Below are positions 8,060 through 17,904 of a stretch of 64,000 nucleotides of DNA, piece after piece. The position numbers and the translations under genes were made by a program. Location of the stretch: NCBI GenBank assembly GCA_964230645.1, contig CAXRHT010000002.1:1696001-1760000 (forward strand). Reading direction: 5' to 3'. Numbering within the stretch: the stretch's first letter is position 1; each line of letters begins with the position of its first letter. The notes under the pieces were generated by a model. It worked only from the letters and a program-made list of their open reading frames with translations, was not told the DNA's origin and made no database searches. The DNA comes from Bdellovibrionales bacterium. Lineage in GTDB: Bacteria; Bdellovibrionota; Bdellovibrionia; Bdellovibrionales; JAGQZY01.

Positions 8060-9877
8060 TTATTCGTGGTCCTTGATCTCTTCGAGTTTCTGCTCGATCT
8101 CCTCGACTTCTTGTTGCCTTGTCCACAACTGGTAGTAATGGCCTTTTTTGTTCAGCAGCTCTTGGTGTCGACCTCTTTCCTTAATCTCGCCATTCATTAA
8201 TACAATGATTTCGTCGGCATCGACTATGGTTGAGAGCCGGTGCGCTATGACTAAGGTCGAACGATTTTTTGCCACTTCTTTGAGAGATTTCTGGATCTCC
8301 TTTTCTTTGTGAGAGTCGAGAGCTGAGGTGGCTTCGTCGAAAATTAGGATCTTTGGATTTTTTAAAAGTGTTCTTGAGATGGCAACACGCTGTTTTTCTC
8401 CCCCGGAGAGCTTCAAGCCACGCTCTCCAACAGGAGTGTCATATTTTTCCGGAAGAGTTTCAATAAACTCGTGGATACTAGCCCTTTTAGCGGCCTCTTC
8501 AATTTCATTTTGTTTTGCTCCGGGGCGTCCGTAGCTTATGTTGTACCCAATAGAGTCGTTAAACAAAATCGTATCTTGAGGCACCACACCAATACTGGCC
8601 CTCAAAGACTTTTGGCTCATCTCTCGAATATCCACTCCATCAATTGTGATTGAACCTTGGTTGATGTCATAAAAACGAAACAGAAGTCTTGAAAGGGTAG
8701 ATTTTCCGGAGCCACTCGGCCCCACTACGGCAATGGTCTCTCCCGCGCCCATTTTTAAATTAATATTTTTTAAAATGGGACGCTCTTCTTGATAAGAGAA
8801 GTCGACATTTTTAAATTCCACTACGCCTTGTTTGGTTTTAAAATCTATCGCTCCTTCTTTATCAGCTACCTTTGTATTAATGTGGATGAGCTCAAACATC
8901 TTATCCATATCCACAAGACTGTTTTTAATTTCTCGGTAAACAAAACCTAAAAAGTTCAGCGGCATATAAAGCTGCATAAGATAAGTGTTCACCAAAAAAA
9001 AGTCTCCTATTGTTAACTCTTCACCAATCACACCTTGTCCCGCTAATAGAAGAACTGATATGAGTCCAACTCCAATGACGACTGACTGAAGAATATTAAG
9101 AACCGAGAGAGTTTTTTGGCTTTGGATTGCGGCTTTTTCGTAACGGGCTAAAGACTTATCGAACCGTTGGTACTCGTGGTCTTCGTTGCCAAAATATTTT
9201 ACCGTTTCAAAGTTAATTAAACTGTCGATCGCTTTGGTGTTGGCTCTGGTTTCAGACTTGTTCATTTCACGTCGATACTTAATGCGCCACTCGGTAACTA
9301 CAAGGGTGAGAAAGATATAAATCGCGATGGTAGAAAATACGATAGCTGCATAGATGATATTAAAGTGATAAATTAGCACTCCGGTAACGAGCACAATTTC
9401 AAGGAGCGTTGGGACCACGTTAAAAGTCATAAAGTTCAGAACAAATTGAATTCCCCTTGTTCCTCTTTCAATCACTCGGGAGAGTCCTCCGGTTTGTCTG
9501 GAGAGGTGGAAATCCAAATCAAGATTATGAAGATGCTCAAAAGTTCTTAATGCCACTTTCCGGTGAACTTGCTGTTTGAGGTTTGCAAAAACTAGGTCCC
9601 TCACCTCTCCAAACACAGCCACGAAAATTCGCGCCACTCCATACCCCACGATCAACGCCACAGGAAGAACGATAGGAAGGTCCTCCACAGAGAGGCGGTC
9701 GACAGCTAATTTTAGTAGATAGGGCACGTAAACATTGAGTCCTTTGGCGGCCGCCAAAAAAATAAGAGCAAGTACTAAGCGAATCCGGAGATCTTTGCGA
9801 TCTTTTGGCCAAAGATATTTTGATAAAATTTTCAGGGTATGCCAATGCCCCTGATAGCTGGACTGTTGAGAAGACAT
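8060..9877 (-). CDS. ABC transporter, fused permease/ATPase, Atm1/ABCB7 family
   Basis: FHLSRQTGGLSRVIERG, Walker A GPSGSGKS, LSGGEKQR, DEATSALD; likely start MSSQQ. Confidence 0.92.
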   Translation of the reverse strand: MSSQQSSYQGHWHTLKILSKYLWPKDRKDLRIRLVLALIFLAAAKGLNVYVPYLLKLAVDRLSVEDLPIVLPVALIVGYGVARIFVAVFGEVRDLVFANLKQQVHRKVALRTFEHLHNLDLDFHLSRQTGGLSRVIERGTRGIQFVLNFMTFNVVPTLLEIVLVTGVLIYHFNIIYAAIVFSTIAIYIFLTLVVTEWRIKYRREMNKSETRANTKAIDSLINFETVKYFGNEDHEYQRFDKSLARYEKAAIQSQKTLSVLNILQSVVIGVGLISVLLLAGQGVIGEELTIGDFFLVNTYLMQLYMPLNFLGFVYREIKNSLVDMDKMFELIHINTKVADKEGAIDFKTKQGVVEFKNVDFSYQEERPILKNINLKMGAGETIAVVGPSGSGKSTLSRLLFRFYDINQGSITIDGVDIREMSQKSLRASIGVVPQDTILFNDSIGYNISYGRPGAKQNEIEEAAKRASIHEFIETLPEKYDTPVGERGLKLSGGEKQRVAISRTLLKNPKILIFDEATSALDSHKEKEIQKSLKEVAKNRSTLVIAHRLSTIVDADEIIVLMNGEIKERGRHQELLNKKGHYYQLWTRQQEVEEIEQKLEEIKDHE

Positions 9878-10031
9878 AAAACCATCCTTCAACAAAGGCT
9901 TACAATCTGTAAACAAGTTTCTTTCGTCTGATATCCTAGGGTTTAGCCTTGACGGGCTCTGGCTGGCCATATCTCGGTAAATTCGCTATAACCCTTTTGT
10001 TTGAAGATTTTAAAACCGAAAGGAGAAGCCA

Positions 10032-11447
10032 ATGGCACAGGGTGAGTACCAAAAAGAAATCGATGAATACTGGGAGTCCCATATTATTCCAAGCTTAACG
10101 GAGTACATCGAAATTCCTGCCAAATCTCCTCACTTTGATTCCAATTGGCAAGAAAATGGCTACATCGAAAAAGCCTTAAAGTTGGTCGAAGATTGGATTG
10201 AAAAACGCAAAATCCCAGGACTTAAAAAAGAGGTTCTAAGAGCCGAGGGACGAACTCCCCTACTACTTTTAGAACTTGAAGGTGACTTGGATTACGAAGT
10301 TCTAATGTATGGTCATCTTGATAAGCAACCCGAGATGACTGGCTGGGATGATGACCTTGGTCCCTGGAAGGCGGTTCGCAAAAACGACAAACTTTACGGT
10401 CGCGGTGGAGCTGATGATGGCTACGCGGTTTACGCTTCCCTTTGCGCGGTTGAATACTTACTAGAGGCAAAGTCTAAACGCCCCCATATAAAAATTGCCA
10501 TAGAATTCAGTGAAGAAAGCGGTTCCGAGGACCTCCCCTTTTATTTCGATAAATTCAAAGAACGTTTTGGCTCTCCCGAACTTATAGTGTGTCTTGATTC
10601 TGGGGCAGGTAACTACGAACAAATGTGGTCGACCACTAGCTTAAGAGGTCTTGTCAGTGGAGTCTTAAAAGTCAATGTGCTTGAGGAAGGTGTTCACTCT
10701 GGGGATGCCAGTGGAGTGGTCGCCTCTTCTTTTCGAGTGGCTCGTGAAATTTTGAGTCGCCTTGAAGATCCAAAGACTGGAGAAATCCTACCCTCAGAGT
10801 TAAAGGCCGAAATACCTGGACAACGTGTAGAGCAAGCGCAACGGGCGGCTGAAACACTGAGTGACAAAGTTTATAAAAAATTTCCCTTCGCTGGAAAAAC
10901 GCAACCTATGAATGATTCCAATGTGGAACTTATTTTGAATAGAACGTGGAGAGCTGCACTCTCTGTAACGGGAGCCGATGGACTCCCCGATATCTCATCG
11001 GCTGGAAATGTTTTGCGTCCACAAACTTCTTTAAAACTATCGTTGCGTTTACCACCGACGGTGAACGCAAAAGAAGCCGCGAAGTTTCTAAAAGATTTCC
11101 TAGAGAAGAATCCTCCCTACAACGCCAATGTGGAATTTAAACTCGACGATGCCGCCAGTGGCTGGAATGCTCCTGAAATATCTGTCGACTTAGAAAATCT
11201 CGTACAAGAGGCCTCGAAAACTTATTTTGGTAAAGAGGCTCTCGCTATGGGCGAGGGAGGGTCAATTCCCTTTATGGGGATGATTGGAGAGGCCTTTCCC
11301 AAAGCGCAGTTTGTAATTACAGGAGTGCTTGGTCCTAATTCCAATGCCCATGGCCCCAATGAGTTTATTCATTTGGAGTACGCTAAGAAACTCACGGGTT
11401 GTATCTATCATATCCTTAAAAAAGCAGAGACGCTGAAAACTTGTTAG
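10032..11447 (+). CDS. M20 family metallopeptidase
   Basis: YGHLDKQP, GRGGADDG, EESGS, NAHGPNE. Confidence 0.92.
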   Translation: MAQGEYQKEIDEYWESHIIPSLTEYIEIPAKSPHFDSNWQENGYIEKALKLVEDWIEKRKIPGLKKEVLRAEGRTPLLLLELEGDLDYEVLMYGHLDKQPEMTGWDDDLGPWKAVRKNDKLYGRGGADDGYAVYASLCAVEYLLEAKSKRPHIKIAIEFSEESGSEDLPFYFDKFKERFGSPELIVCLDSGAGNYEQMWSTTSLRGLVSGVLKVNVLEEGVHSGDASGVVASSFRVAREILSRLEDPKTGEILPSELKAEIPGQRVEQAQRAAETLSDKVYKKFPFAGKTQPMNDSNVELILNRTWRAALSVTGADGLPDISSAGNVLRPQTSLKLSLRLPPTVNAKEAAKFLKDFLEKNPPYNANVEFKLDDAASGWNAPEISVDLENLVQEASKTYFGKEALAMGEGGSIPFMGMIGEAFPKAQFVITGVLGPNSNAHGPNEFIHLEYAKKLTGCIYHILKKAETLKTC

Positions 11448-11448
11448 C

Positions 11449-11581
11449 GTCATCTTGAGCGCAGCGAAGGATCTTAGGTCTTTCGCTTCGCTCAAGACGA
11501 CATTTTATTCAAAGTCATCCTGAGCGTAGCGAAGGATCTAAGGTCCTTCGCTGCGCTCAGGATGACACTTTGAGGATGACA
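11449..11581. repeat. REP-like palindrome locus A: two hairpins plus an extra arm fragment
   Basis: GTCATCTTGAGCGCAGCGAAGGATCT...AGGTCTTTCGCTTCGCTCAAGACGAC (11449-11501), second copy 11514-11566, extra GAGGATGACA. Confidence 0.92.
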
Positions 11582-11764
11582 TTAAGCTTTCCCCGCAAAG
11601 CCTTGATGTGTGCGGCTTTGAGGCAGGCGGTGCCACTCCTTTTTACATATAAAAAAACATGACAGTTTTCTGGACTTTCTCTAAACAAGACATTTTTTTG
11701 ACCTTGTAACTTTGCTTTTTTACTCAAATATTTCACAGCCATCACATTTTTAAACACTCCGAGT

Positions 11765-11780
11765 TGGTTCCCAAATTGCA
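11765..11780 (+). promoter_or_regulatory. Putative sigma54 (-24/-12) promoter
   Basis: TGGTTCCCAAATTGCA: GG-N10-GC with TTGCA, ending 13 nt before ATG 11794. Confidence 0.6.
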
Positions 11781-11793
11781 CTCCTAATAAAGC

Positions 11794-12339
11794 ATGGGTA
11801 AGTGTTTAATTATGAGTTCGTTTCTTTTATTAGCGGCTTGTGCCAGTCGTCCTAGCTTGGATAATCTTCCAAGCTTTACATATATGGACGGATTGGTAAC
11901 AGCTAAAACGGTCAACTGCTCCAGTGGTGAAGCCTTAGATTGTATGGCTTGTGCGCTTCAAGGTGAGGCCGCCAATCAACCCGGCCCTGGTATTTATGCT
12001 GTCGGGGTCACAATTATGACTCGAGCAGGTGGCGATAAAAATAGAGTCTGTAAAGTCACAAGAGCCCGTCGCCAGTTTGAAGGTATGCGCAGGCGTGGAC
12101 GACGAAAAATTTCTAAAAAGGTTTTAAAAGTTACTCAACATGTTCTTGGCAGTGAGGAAACAGGTTGGACTCACTTTTGGGCCCCTAAAGCACAGAAACG
12201 ATTGAAAAGACGAAAACCCGCGTGGGCTCATTCTTTTGAAAAAAGGCAGTGTCGACAAGAAATGATTGGTGATCATATGTTTTTTGATACGAACCAATGT
12301 AAATACAATCGAAATATGCGCTTGAACGCTCAGAATTAA
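11794..12339 (+). CDS. Cell wall hydrolase (SleB/Hydrolase_2-like lytic transglycosylase) lipoprotein
   Basis: Lipobox LAAC; ALQGEAANQ catalytic Glu, QFEG, THF, IGDHMFF. Confidence 0.75.
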   Translation: MGKCLIMSSFLLLAACASRPSLDNLPSFTYMDGLVTAKTVNCSSGEALDCMACALQGEAANQPGPGIYAVGVTIMTRAGGDKNRVCKVTRARRQFEGMRRRGRRKISKKVLKVTQHVLGSEETGWTHFWAPKAQKRLKRRKPAWAHSFEKRQCRQEMIGDHMFFDTNQCKYNRNMRLNAQN

Positions 12340-12791
12340 ATCGCCGGAATTTCGTAAGAAATATCTTGGTCCGATAGCAATGGCGCTGGCTTCTGGTGCT
12401 TTGGTGAAGCGTCTTGTTCCTGAGGTGGAATTTGAAAAGGATCCACCGGAAGAGAATTCTGAGGATCTAAACACTGGGCCACCACGTAGTCATTAGAAAA
12501 AAGGGCTTGAGAGAGTTTCAAAAGACCTTGGCACCACCCTGAATCGCAGGAATCACAGACCGAATGGTCCGTTTGATGTGTCAAATTTGGTCGTTTAACG
12601 AGCTTCACATAATTAGGATTTGCATCCATGGGTGTCCAGTTACGCTCACAGGGCTCGCTATACTGACTCATTAACTGAGGAGCCTTACAGGGCTCTTCCT
12701 GCTGTCCAGCGGTAACAAAGACCAATACAATAAGAAAAGCGAGCGCGTATTTCACACTGCTATTATAATAATCATTTTGCCATTTGTCCAT
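12336..12791 (-). CDS. Hypothetical Cys-rich exported protein
   Basis: N-terminal hydrophobic segment, six Cys; no family recognised. Confidence 0.45.
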   Translation of the reverse strand: MDKWQNDYYNSSVKYALAFLIVLVFVTAGQQEEPCKAPQLMSQYSEPCERNWTPMDANPNYVKLVKRPNLTHQTDHSVCDSCDSGWCQGLLKLSQALFSNDYVVAQCLDPQNSLPVDPFQIPPQEQDASPKHQKPAPLLSDQDISYEIPAI

Positions 12792-12850
12792 CCGGGTCGA
12801 TGATCGGATTTTTACGTGATTTTTGAAACAAGCTGTCCTATCCCCTCTTT

Positions 12851-13327
12851 ATGACTATTCGACCTGGACAAAAATCCGATGTTCCTGAAATCTTAAAGCT
12901 TATCCACGAGTTAGCTCATTTTGAAAAGGAGCCGGAAGCGGTAAAAACCACTGAGGAGGATCTCCTTCGAGATGGCTTTTCTAGTACTCCATTTTTTCAC
13001 ACTTTAATTTTAGAAGAGGAGGGTGAAGTTCAAGGGATGGCTCTTTATTTTTTTAATTGGTCCACTTGGGAGGGGCGCCCCAGTCTTTATTTAGAAGACC
13101 TCTATGTTAAGGACTCAGCCAGAGGTAAGGGCTTTGGACGCTCCCTTCTTATAAAGCTTGCACAAATAGCCGTTGAGAAAAACTGTGCTCGCTTTGAGTG
13201 GGAGGTTCTCGATTGGAATCAAAAAGCCCGGGATTTTTACCACCAACTCGGAGCCGAGTATATGGAAGGGTGGCTCCCCTACCGAGTGGAAGGGGAAAAA
13301 TTAATAGCTCTTTCGGAGAGAAGTTAA
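12851..13327 (+). CDS. GNAT N-acetyltransferase (SSAT/diamine acetyltransferase-like)
   Basis: STWEG, LYLEDLYV, RGKGFG, VLDWN. Confidence 0.9.
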   Translation: MTIRPGQKSDVPEILKLIHELAHFEKEPEAVKTTEEDLLRDGFSSTPFFHTLILEEEGEVQGMALYFFNWSTWEGRPSLYLEDLYVKDSARGKGFGRSLLIKLAQIAVEKNCARFEWEVLDWNQKARDFYHQLGAEYMEGWLPYRVEGEKLIALSERS

Positions 13328-14101
13328 AAACGCACACTGATGTTCCAGGTAGGCGGCCTCATTGATAAAAAACGGAAAACAGGACTCTGCTTGTTGCCAC
13401 TCTTTGGAGTCTCCTTTGGAATTTAGAAAAATGGGATCTCCCTTTTTGATTTCCTTAAAATCATGCCCCTCAATATTAGGATGCACATACCATCGACCGG
13501 AGGGAAAATTTATAGCTCCATTCATTTTAAAATACTCTGTCCCTTGAATTTTAAAATTCTGGGAAAAATCAAAATCCAACAATTTTTCCACAAGATGTTT
13601 TAGCTTTAAAATAAGATCAGCATTTAAAACGTTGTTAGCAACAGGTCCCACTTCCAAGGTCACACCCGCCGGACATAGTCGATTGAGATGAGTGCAGTCT
13701 TCGTCAAGGTCAACCTCTTCTATCAATTTAAAATCCGGAATCTCTGATTTTAAATAAACGCCTGCTTTTCTTGTTAACTCATGGGTGTTGTTGAAAATAG
13801 CCGTTAAACCCATACTGGAGGTAGTGGTGTGGAGATCAATACAAAAATCAAACTTGCCGCGAATTTCATCTTCAAGTTCCCCGGCTCTTATCTTTTCATA
13901 ACCGCGGCGAACACCTTTCTTGCCAAAAGCACGATTGAGATCACAATCCACATAGCGCTTTTTTTCAACATAAGCTTGCGGGTTGCCAATGAAACACCGA
14001 TACTCATTCCGAAAATCACGGTCTTCTTCCTTTAAAATTTCAACCACTTCTCGACCGACAGGCTCATTGCCATGAGTTCCGCCTACAACTGCTATTTTCA
14101 T
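13301..14101 (-). CDS. Aspartoacylase (AstE/AspA family)
   Basis: GGTHGNE, DLNRAF, IDLHTT, FINEAAY. Confidence 0.9.
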   Translation of the reverse strand: MKIAVVGGTHGNEPVGREVVEILKEEDRDFRNEYRCFIGNPQAYVEKKRYVDCDLNRAFGKKGVRRGYEKIRAGELEDEIRGKFDFCIDLHTTTSSMGLTAIFNNTHELTRKAGVYLKSEIPDFKLIEEVDLDEDCTHLNRLCPAGVTLEVGPVANNVLNADLILKLKHLVEKLLDFDFSQNFKIQGTEYFKMNGAINFPSGRWYVHPNIEGHDFKEIKKGDPIFLNSKGDSKEWQQAESCFPFFINEAAYLEHQCAFLTSLRKSY

Positions 14102-14114
14102 AGTTCAATCCTTA

Positions 14115-15281
14115 TCAAAATCGTTTACCCGAAATCCAGTCGGGAATCTCTTCCCCGAAAATTAATCGAGACAATTGTAGCCCTGTATGAAAAGCCATCC
14201 CTAACCCATGCCCCGTAAAACCACCACAATAAAAAATTTGCGGGTCTGTCGGCAGAGAACCGATCATAGGTTCCCCATCCACAGAAAAGCCCATGACTCC
14301 GGACCAGCGGTGAGTGATCTGGGAATTTTTAAACTCGGGCAAATGTTTTATTACGAAATCGTGAAGAGCACTTTGTATTTTCTCACTAGTATGATCGGAA
14401 AACCCTTTTTCTGTATCAGCCTCTAGCTGACGAAATCCACCGATTAAAAGTGAACCATCTTGAAGCTGACGAAAATAGTCTAAGTAGAAATTCGCGTAAC
14501 AAGGTCCCTCCATAAATTTTCTTTGAGGCGACATCACCATGATTTGTCCTCTTGTCGGAAAAATTTTGTCCTCAAAATAATTATTAAGAGCGGATGAGTA
14601 ACCATTGGCACAGAACACTACTAAGCTGCAGCGTAAACTATAGTCTTTGGCAATAACTAGTCTCTCAGATCCCTCTTCTTTAACTTCTTTTACCTCTTGG
14701 TTTTCTAAGAGTGAAATTTCTGTGTTCGCGCGAATCTTTTTCAAAAGTTTTATAGGATTGATTGCAGCGTCTTTTTTATAAAGGATACCTCCCTTAAAAC
14801 CTTGAGCCCCCAACCTAGATGAAACAGCTGTTTCATCTAGGACTTCAACAGGAATCTTATGTTTCATCATAAATTCAGAAACATTCTTAAGTTCTTCAAA
14901 CTCATTTTCTTGAGCCGCAAGAGAAAAGGCTCCTTTTTGCTCGTATTCAAGAGAGGAGTCCTCACTGAGCTTTAATTCTGCCTCTAGTAAATTTTTATTT
15001 TCCTCAGCAAATCGCCAGATATCTAAAGCTTGCTTTTCCCCATGTTTTCCCACCATACGATTAAAATGCTCAACAGAGCCGCAAGTCACAAAACCTGCAT
15101 TCCGACCAGTGGCGCCATCACCCAAAGTGCTCTTGTCCACAACGTAAATGTTTAATTGGGGATCTTTTTTCTTTAACCAATAGGCTGTGGATAGCCCTGA
15201 GATCCCAGCACCTACGATACATACGTCGCACTGGATCTCTTTTTTGTCTTTTAAACTTTCTGACCAATAGGAAAGGCTCAT
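14115..15281 (-). CDS. FAD-dependent oxidoreductase (DAO/PuuB-like)
   Basis: IVGAGISG, GATGRNAG, GFTGHG. Confidence 0.88.
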   Translation of the reverse strand: MSLSYWSESLKDKKEIQCDVCIVGAGISGLSTAYWLKKKDPQLNIYVVDKSTLGDGATGRNAGFVTCGSVEHFNRMVGKHGEKQALDIWRFAEENKNLLEAELKLSEDSSLEYEQKGAFSLAAQENEFEELKNVSEFMMKHKIPVEVLDETAVSSRLGAQGFKGGILYKKDAAINPIKLLKKIRANTEISLLENQEVKEVKEEGSERLVIAKDYSLRCSLVVFCANGYSSALNNYFEDKIFPTRGQIMVMSPQRKFMEGPCYANFYLDYFRQLQDGSLLIGGFRQLEADTEKGFSDHTSEKIQSALHDFVIKHLPEFKNSQITHRWSGVMGFSVDGEPMIGSLPTDPQIFYCGGFTGHGLGMAFHTGLQLSRLIFGEEIPDWISGKRF

Positions 15282-15448
15282 AAGCTCCTCTAATTAGCTT
15301 GTTTATAGAGTTTACCTTGATGTTAAAACTTTTTGAACCTCCGATCTTAAGTCCTCAAAAGAAAAGTGCGTTCAGAATTAAAACTCCCTAGTTATCAAGG
15401 CTTTCCGGTGGATTTTCCGCCGATAGCCTAAAACACGTCGTCTGATAA

Positions 15449-15631
15449 ATGTGGTCTCGAGCGAGCATGTCGTCTTGAGTAGAGATATCATCTTGAGCGG
15501 AGATGTCGTCTTGAGCGAAGCGAAAGACCTAAAGATCCTTCGCTGCGCTCAGGATGACGATCGAGAATCCAAAAACATGTCGTCTTGAGCGAAGCGAAAG
15601 ACCTTAGATCCTGCGCTGCGCTCAGGATGAC
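15449..15631. repeat. REP-like palindrome locus B: three 18-nt tandem arm copies plus two hairpins
   Basis: ATGTCGTCTTGAG-like units at 15449, 15467, 15485, 15503; hairpins 15505-15558 and 15579-15631. Confidence 0.92.
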
Positions 15632-15754
15632 TTGAGGTAAACAGAGCCTGGGTATTAAGAATTTTGAATAAATCTAGTCATTTAAAAATGCTTGTCTAAA
15701 AGCTTTTAGCGTCCTTGCTCAATAAAATGATGGAGTACTTGAAAGGAGTTACCT

Positions 15755-16186
15755 ATGCCAGAGACGACGACAAATCCGCGCCATATCAACGGAAAGACAA
15801 AAAAAGATAAGATGAAAAGAGTCGGCCGCATGAAAGCCCGTCTTTCCGCCACAAGCCCTAAAGTAAAAAAGGCAAAATCAGACAATGCACTGATCCAATT
15901 TTTCAAAACATCCTATAATCGTTTTAGAACCCAGCCTCAGGTTGACCAAACTGTTAATTGGGTGAAAGAGAACCCAAAAAAGTCAGTTGGTATTGGCCTT
16001 GGACTTTTATTATTAACACGCTCAAGAAGAGCCACCAACTTCGCAAAACTAGGATTTTCCTCAGGCATGCTTGGTTGGCTAATTAATCAGTCTCAACAAC
16101 AAAAGAGTCTCCCAGAGTCACCCATGAAGTTGAATCAATCAGAGACTTCTACACAATCTCCGACTCGGTCGGATCATCTCCACTAA
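15755..16186 (+). CDS. Hypothetical basic membrane-anchored protein
   Basis: AAGGAG RBS; WVKENPKKSVGIGLGLLLL resembles the YqjD/ElaB anchor motif. Confidence 0.65.
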   Translation: MPETTTNPRHINGKTKKDKMKRVGRMKARLSATSPKVKKAKSDNALIQFFKTSYNRFRTQPQVDQTVNWVKENPKKSVGIGLGLLLLTRSRRATNFAKLGFSSGMLGWLINQSQQQKSLPESPMKLNQSETSTQSPTRSDHLH

Positions 16187-16200
16187 CATAAGGATCAACT

Positions 16201-16539
16201 ATGGATACGCCTCAAGTCACCCCACAACCTAGAAAGCACAGAATGGGTAGAATTTATGCGATACTCGCTCTGAGTCTCATCTTAATCATTCTACTCGTTC
16301 CAAAGTTCGCCTCTGCCGACTCCATGGCAAGTGACGAAGCAGTTTTGGAGCAAGAGTATATCGTCACCCACGACTCTTTATGGAACACAGTCGATGACTT
16401 TTCAAAACAAGGTCCCATCGAAATCGGGTACCTTAAGGTTCAAAGTGTCGAACAATTCTTTGATCAAAAAGATCGTACAGAACCCTATGAATTGGATATC
16501 GATTTTCCAGAACCCATTCAAGCCGTTACCCAGCTTTAG
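16201..16539 (+). CDS. Hypothetical exported protein
   Basis: AAGGA RBS, signal-like hydrophobic stretch ending ASA. Confidence 0.6.
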   Translation: MDTPQVTPQPRKHRMGRIYAILALSLILIILLVPKFASADSMASDEAVLEQEYIVTHDSLWNTVDDFSKQGPIEIGYLKVQSVEQFFDQKDRTEPYELDIDFPEPIQAVTQL

Positions 16540-17097
16540 TTAAAAACGAAGAATCATCTCCTCTGCGGTACATAAACAAGGTTTTCCGCAGCGGGGACAT
16601 TTATAGTCCACTTCTTTCCAGTACTGAGCATGCTCACTTACTTTTTTAAAACCTAGGGAACGCAAATACTTTCTTGAAGAGTCACCAGGTGACTCCACCC
16701 AAGAATGGCAGAGGATGCCTCTTGCCCCCAATTCTTTTAGAACTTCGATGGATTGAAGAGAGAGCTTTTTACCCCATCCCATCTGTTGATAGGAGGGTTT
16801 AATAAACAGGCTTTGAAAATAACCCAATTCCTCTAATTCTATTTGCCACATTTTGGGTGTCAGTCCATGCCCCTTTCCAGACTCCCATTGTCCCGGGGCC
16901 AGACTCAACCGCACTCCGACACATTTGGCTCCATCCAATAAGATAAGAGAAGGGTTTTTTGCACTTCGTTCATTTTTCTCGGCTATTTCCGTTAGTTCAC
17001 CTAGATTATAGTAATCTTGACCAATTTCTTGATCGGTTAGGTCTTTGACCTGATCAATAAATTCTCGAGTGTAAGGTCGCACACCAAGGGCACGCAT
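16540..17097 (-). CDS. GNAT family N-acetyltransferase with C-terminal Cys cluster
   Basis: YQQMGWGKKL acetyl-CoA motif; CPRCGKPCLC. Confidence 0.8.
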   Translation of the reverse strand: MRALGVRPYTREFIDQVKDLTDQEIGQDYYNLGELTEIAEKNERSAKNPSLILLDGAKCVGVRLSLAPGQWESGKGHGLTPKMWQIELEELGYFQSLFIKPSYQQMGWGKKLSLQSIEVLKELGARGILCHSWVESPGDSSRKYLRSLGFKKVSEHAQYWKEVDYKCPRCGKPCLCTAEEMILRF

Positions 17098-17564
17098 CAA
17101 AGAACCTCTAACACTTCGTACTCTCGCCCCTTGAGCTCAAAGTCCCATCCCACATTTTGACCATATAAATTCTGTCCGAGAGGACTTTCTAAGGTGATGG
17201 TTTGAATTTTCTTTTCCTTATAAATCAATTCGACCCCGCCGGCCGGAAGAATAAAAAAGTGAGCTTTGTTCTGATCGTTAACTAAAACCGTCACTAAAGA
17301 ACCCACGCTAATTGATTCTATTTTTCCCAGTTCCAGCTTTGACAGCTGATAAATTTGTTCTTGCAACTTCCCTGCTCTTTTCGATTGTCCAGAGGCTAAG
17401 TACCCGGCTTCCAAACCGCGGGTGTCATATTTATTTTCCGCCTTTGACTCCTCATTGGTGGAGGCTTCTTTGGCCTCGAAAGCGGACTGCACAAGCACCT
17501 CAAGATTCTCTTTGAGCTTTTCTTGAATCAACGCGAAAATTTCTTTCTTATCATCTGGTGTCAT
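17097..17564 (-). CDS. GreA/GreB family elongation factor-like protein
   Basis: KAENKYDTRGLEAGYLA, ITLESPLG. Confidence 0.85.
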   Translation of the reverse strand: MTPDDKKEIFALIQEKLKENLEVLVQSAFEAKEASTNEESKAENKYDTRGLEAGYLASGQSKRAGKLQEQIYQLSKLELGKIESISVGSLVTVLVNDQNKAHFFILPAGGVELIYKEKKIQTITLESPLGQNLYGQNVGWDFELKGREYEVLEVL

Positions 17565-17610
17565 GACCCGATTCTAACACAAGCTCTGGAAAGCGTGATA
17601 AACATTTTTC

Positions 17611-17904
17611 ATGACAGAAAATACCAAAAAAGAACAAGGCCTCATAATTCCGGTAGAAAAACTTTCGTCCTCGATCCTCAGCGAACTCATCTCTGAGTTT
17701 GTACTTAGAGAAGGAACCGACTACGGTCATGGAGAAACCAGTTTAGACTTAAAAAAAGAACAGGTTTTTAAACAACTGAAATCAAAAGAGGTCTTGATAC
17801 TTTTTGATATCAATCGCGAGACAACAACCCTTATGAGGGCTGATTCATTAAAAAAACAGCTTCCTGAAAATTATGAAATTTTAGATCCAAATTCAGATCT
17901 TTAA
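17611..17904 (+). CDS. YheU family (UPF0270) protein
   Basis: LISEFVLREGTDYG signature. Confidence 0.88.
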   Translation: MTENTKKEQGLIIPVEKLSSSILSELISEFVLREGTDYGHGETSLDLKKEQVFKQLKSKEVLILFDINRETTTLMRADSLKKQLPENYEILDPNSDL

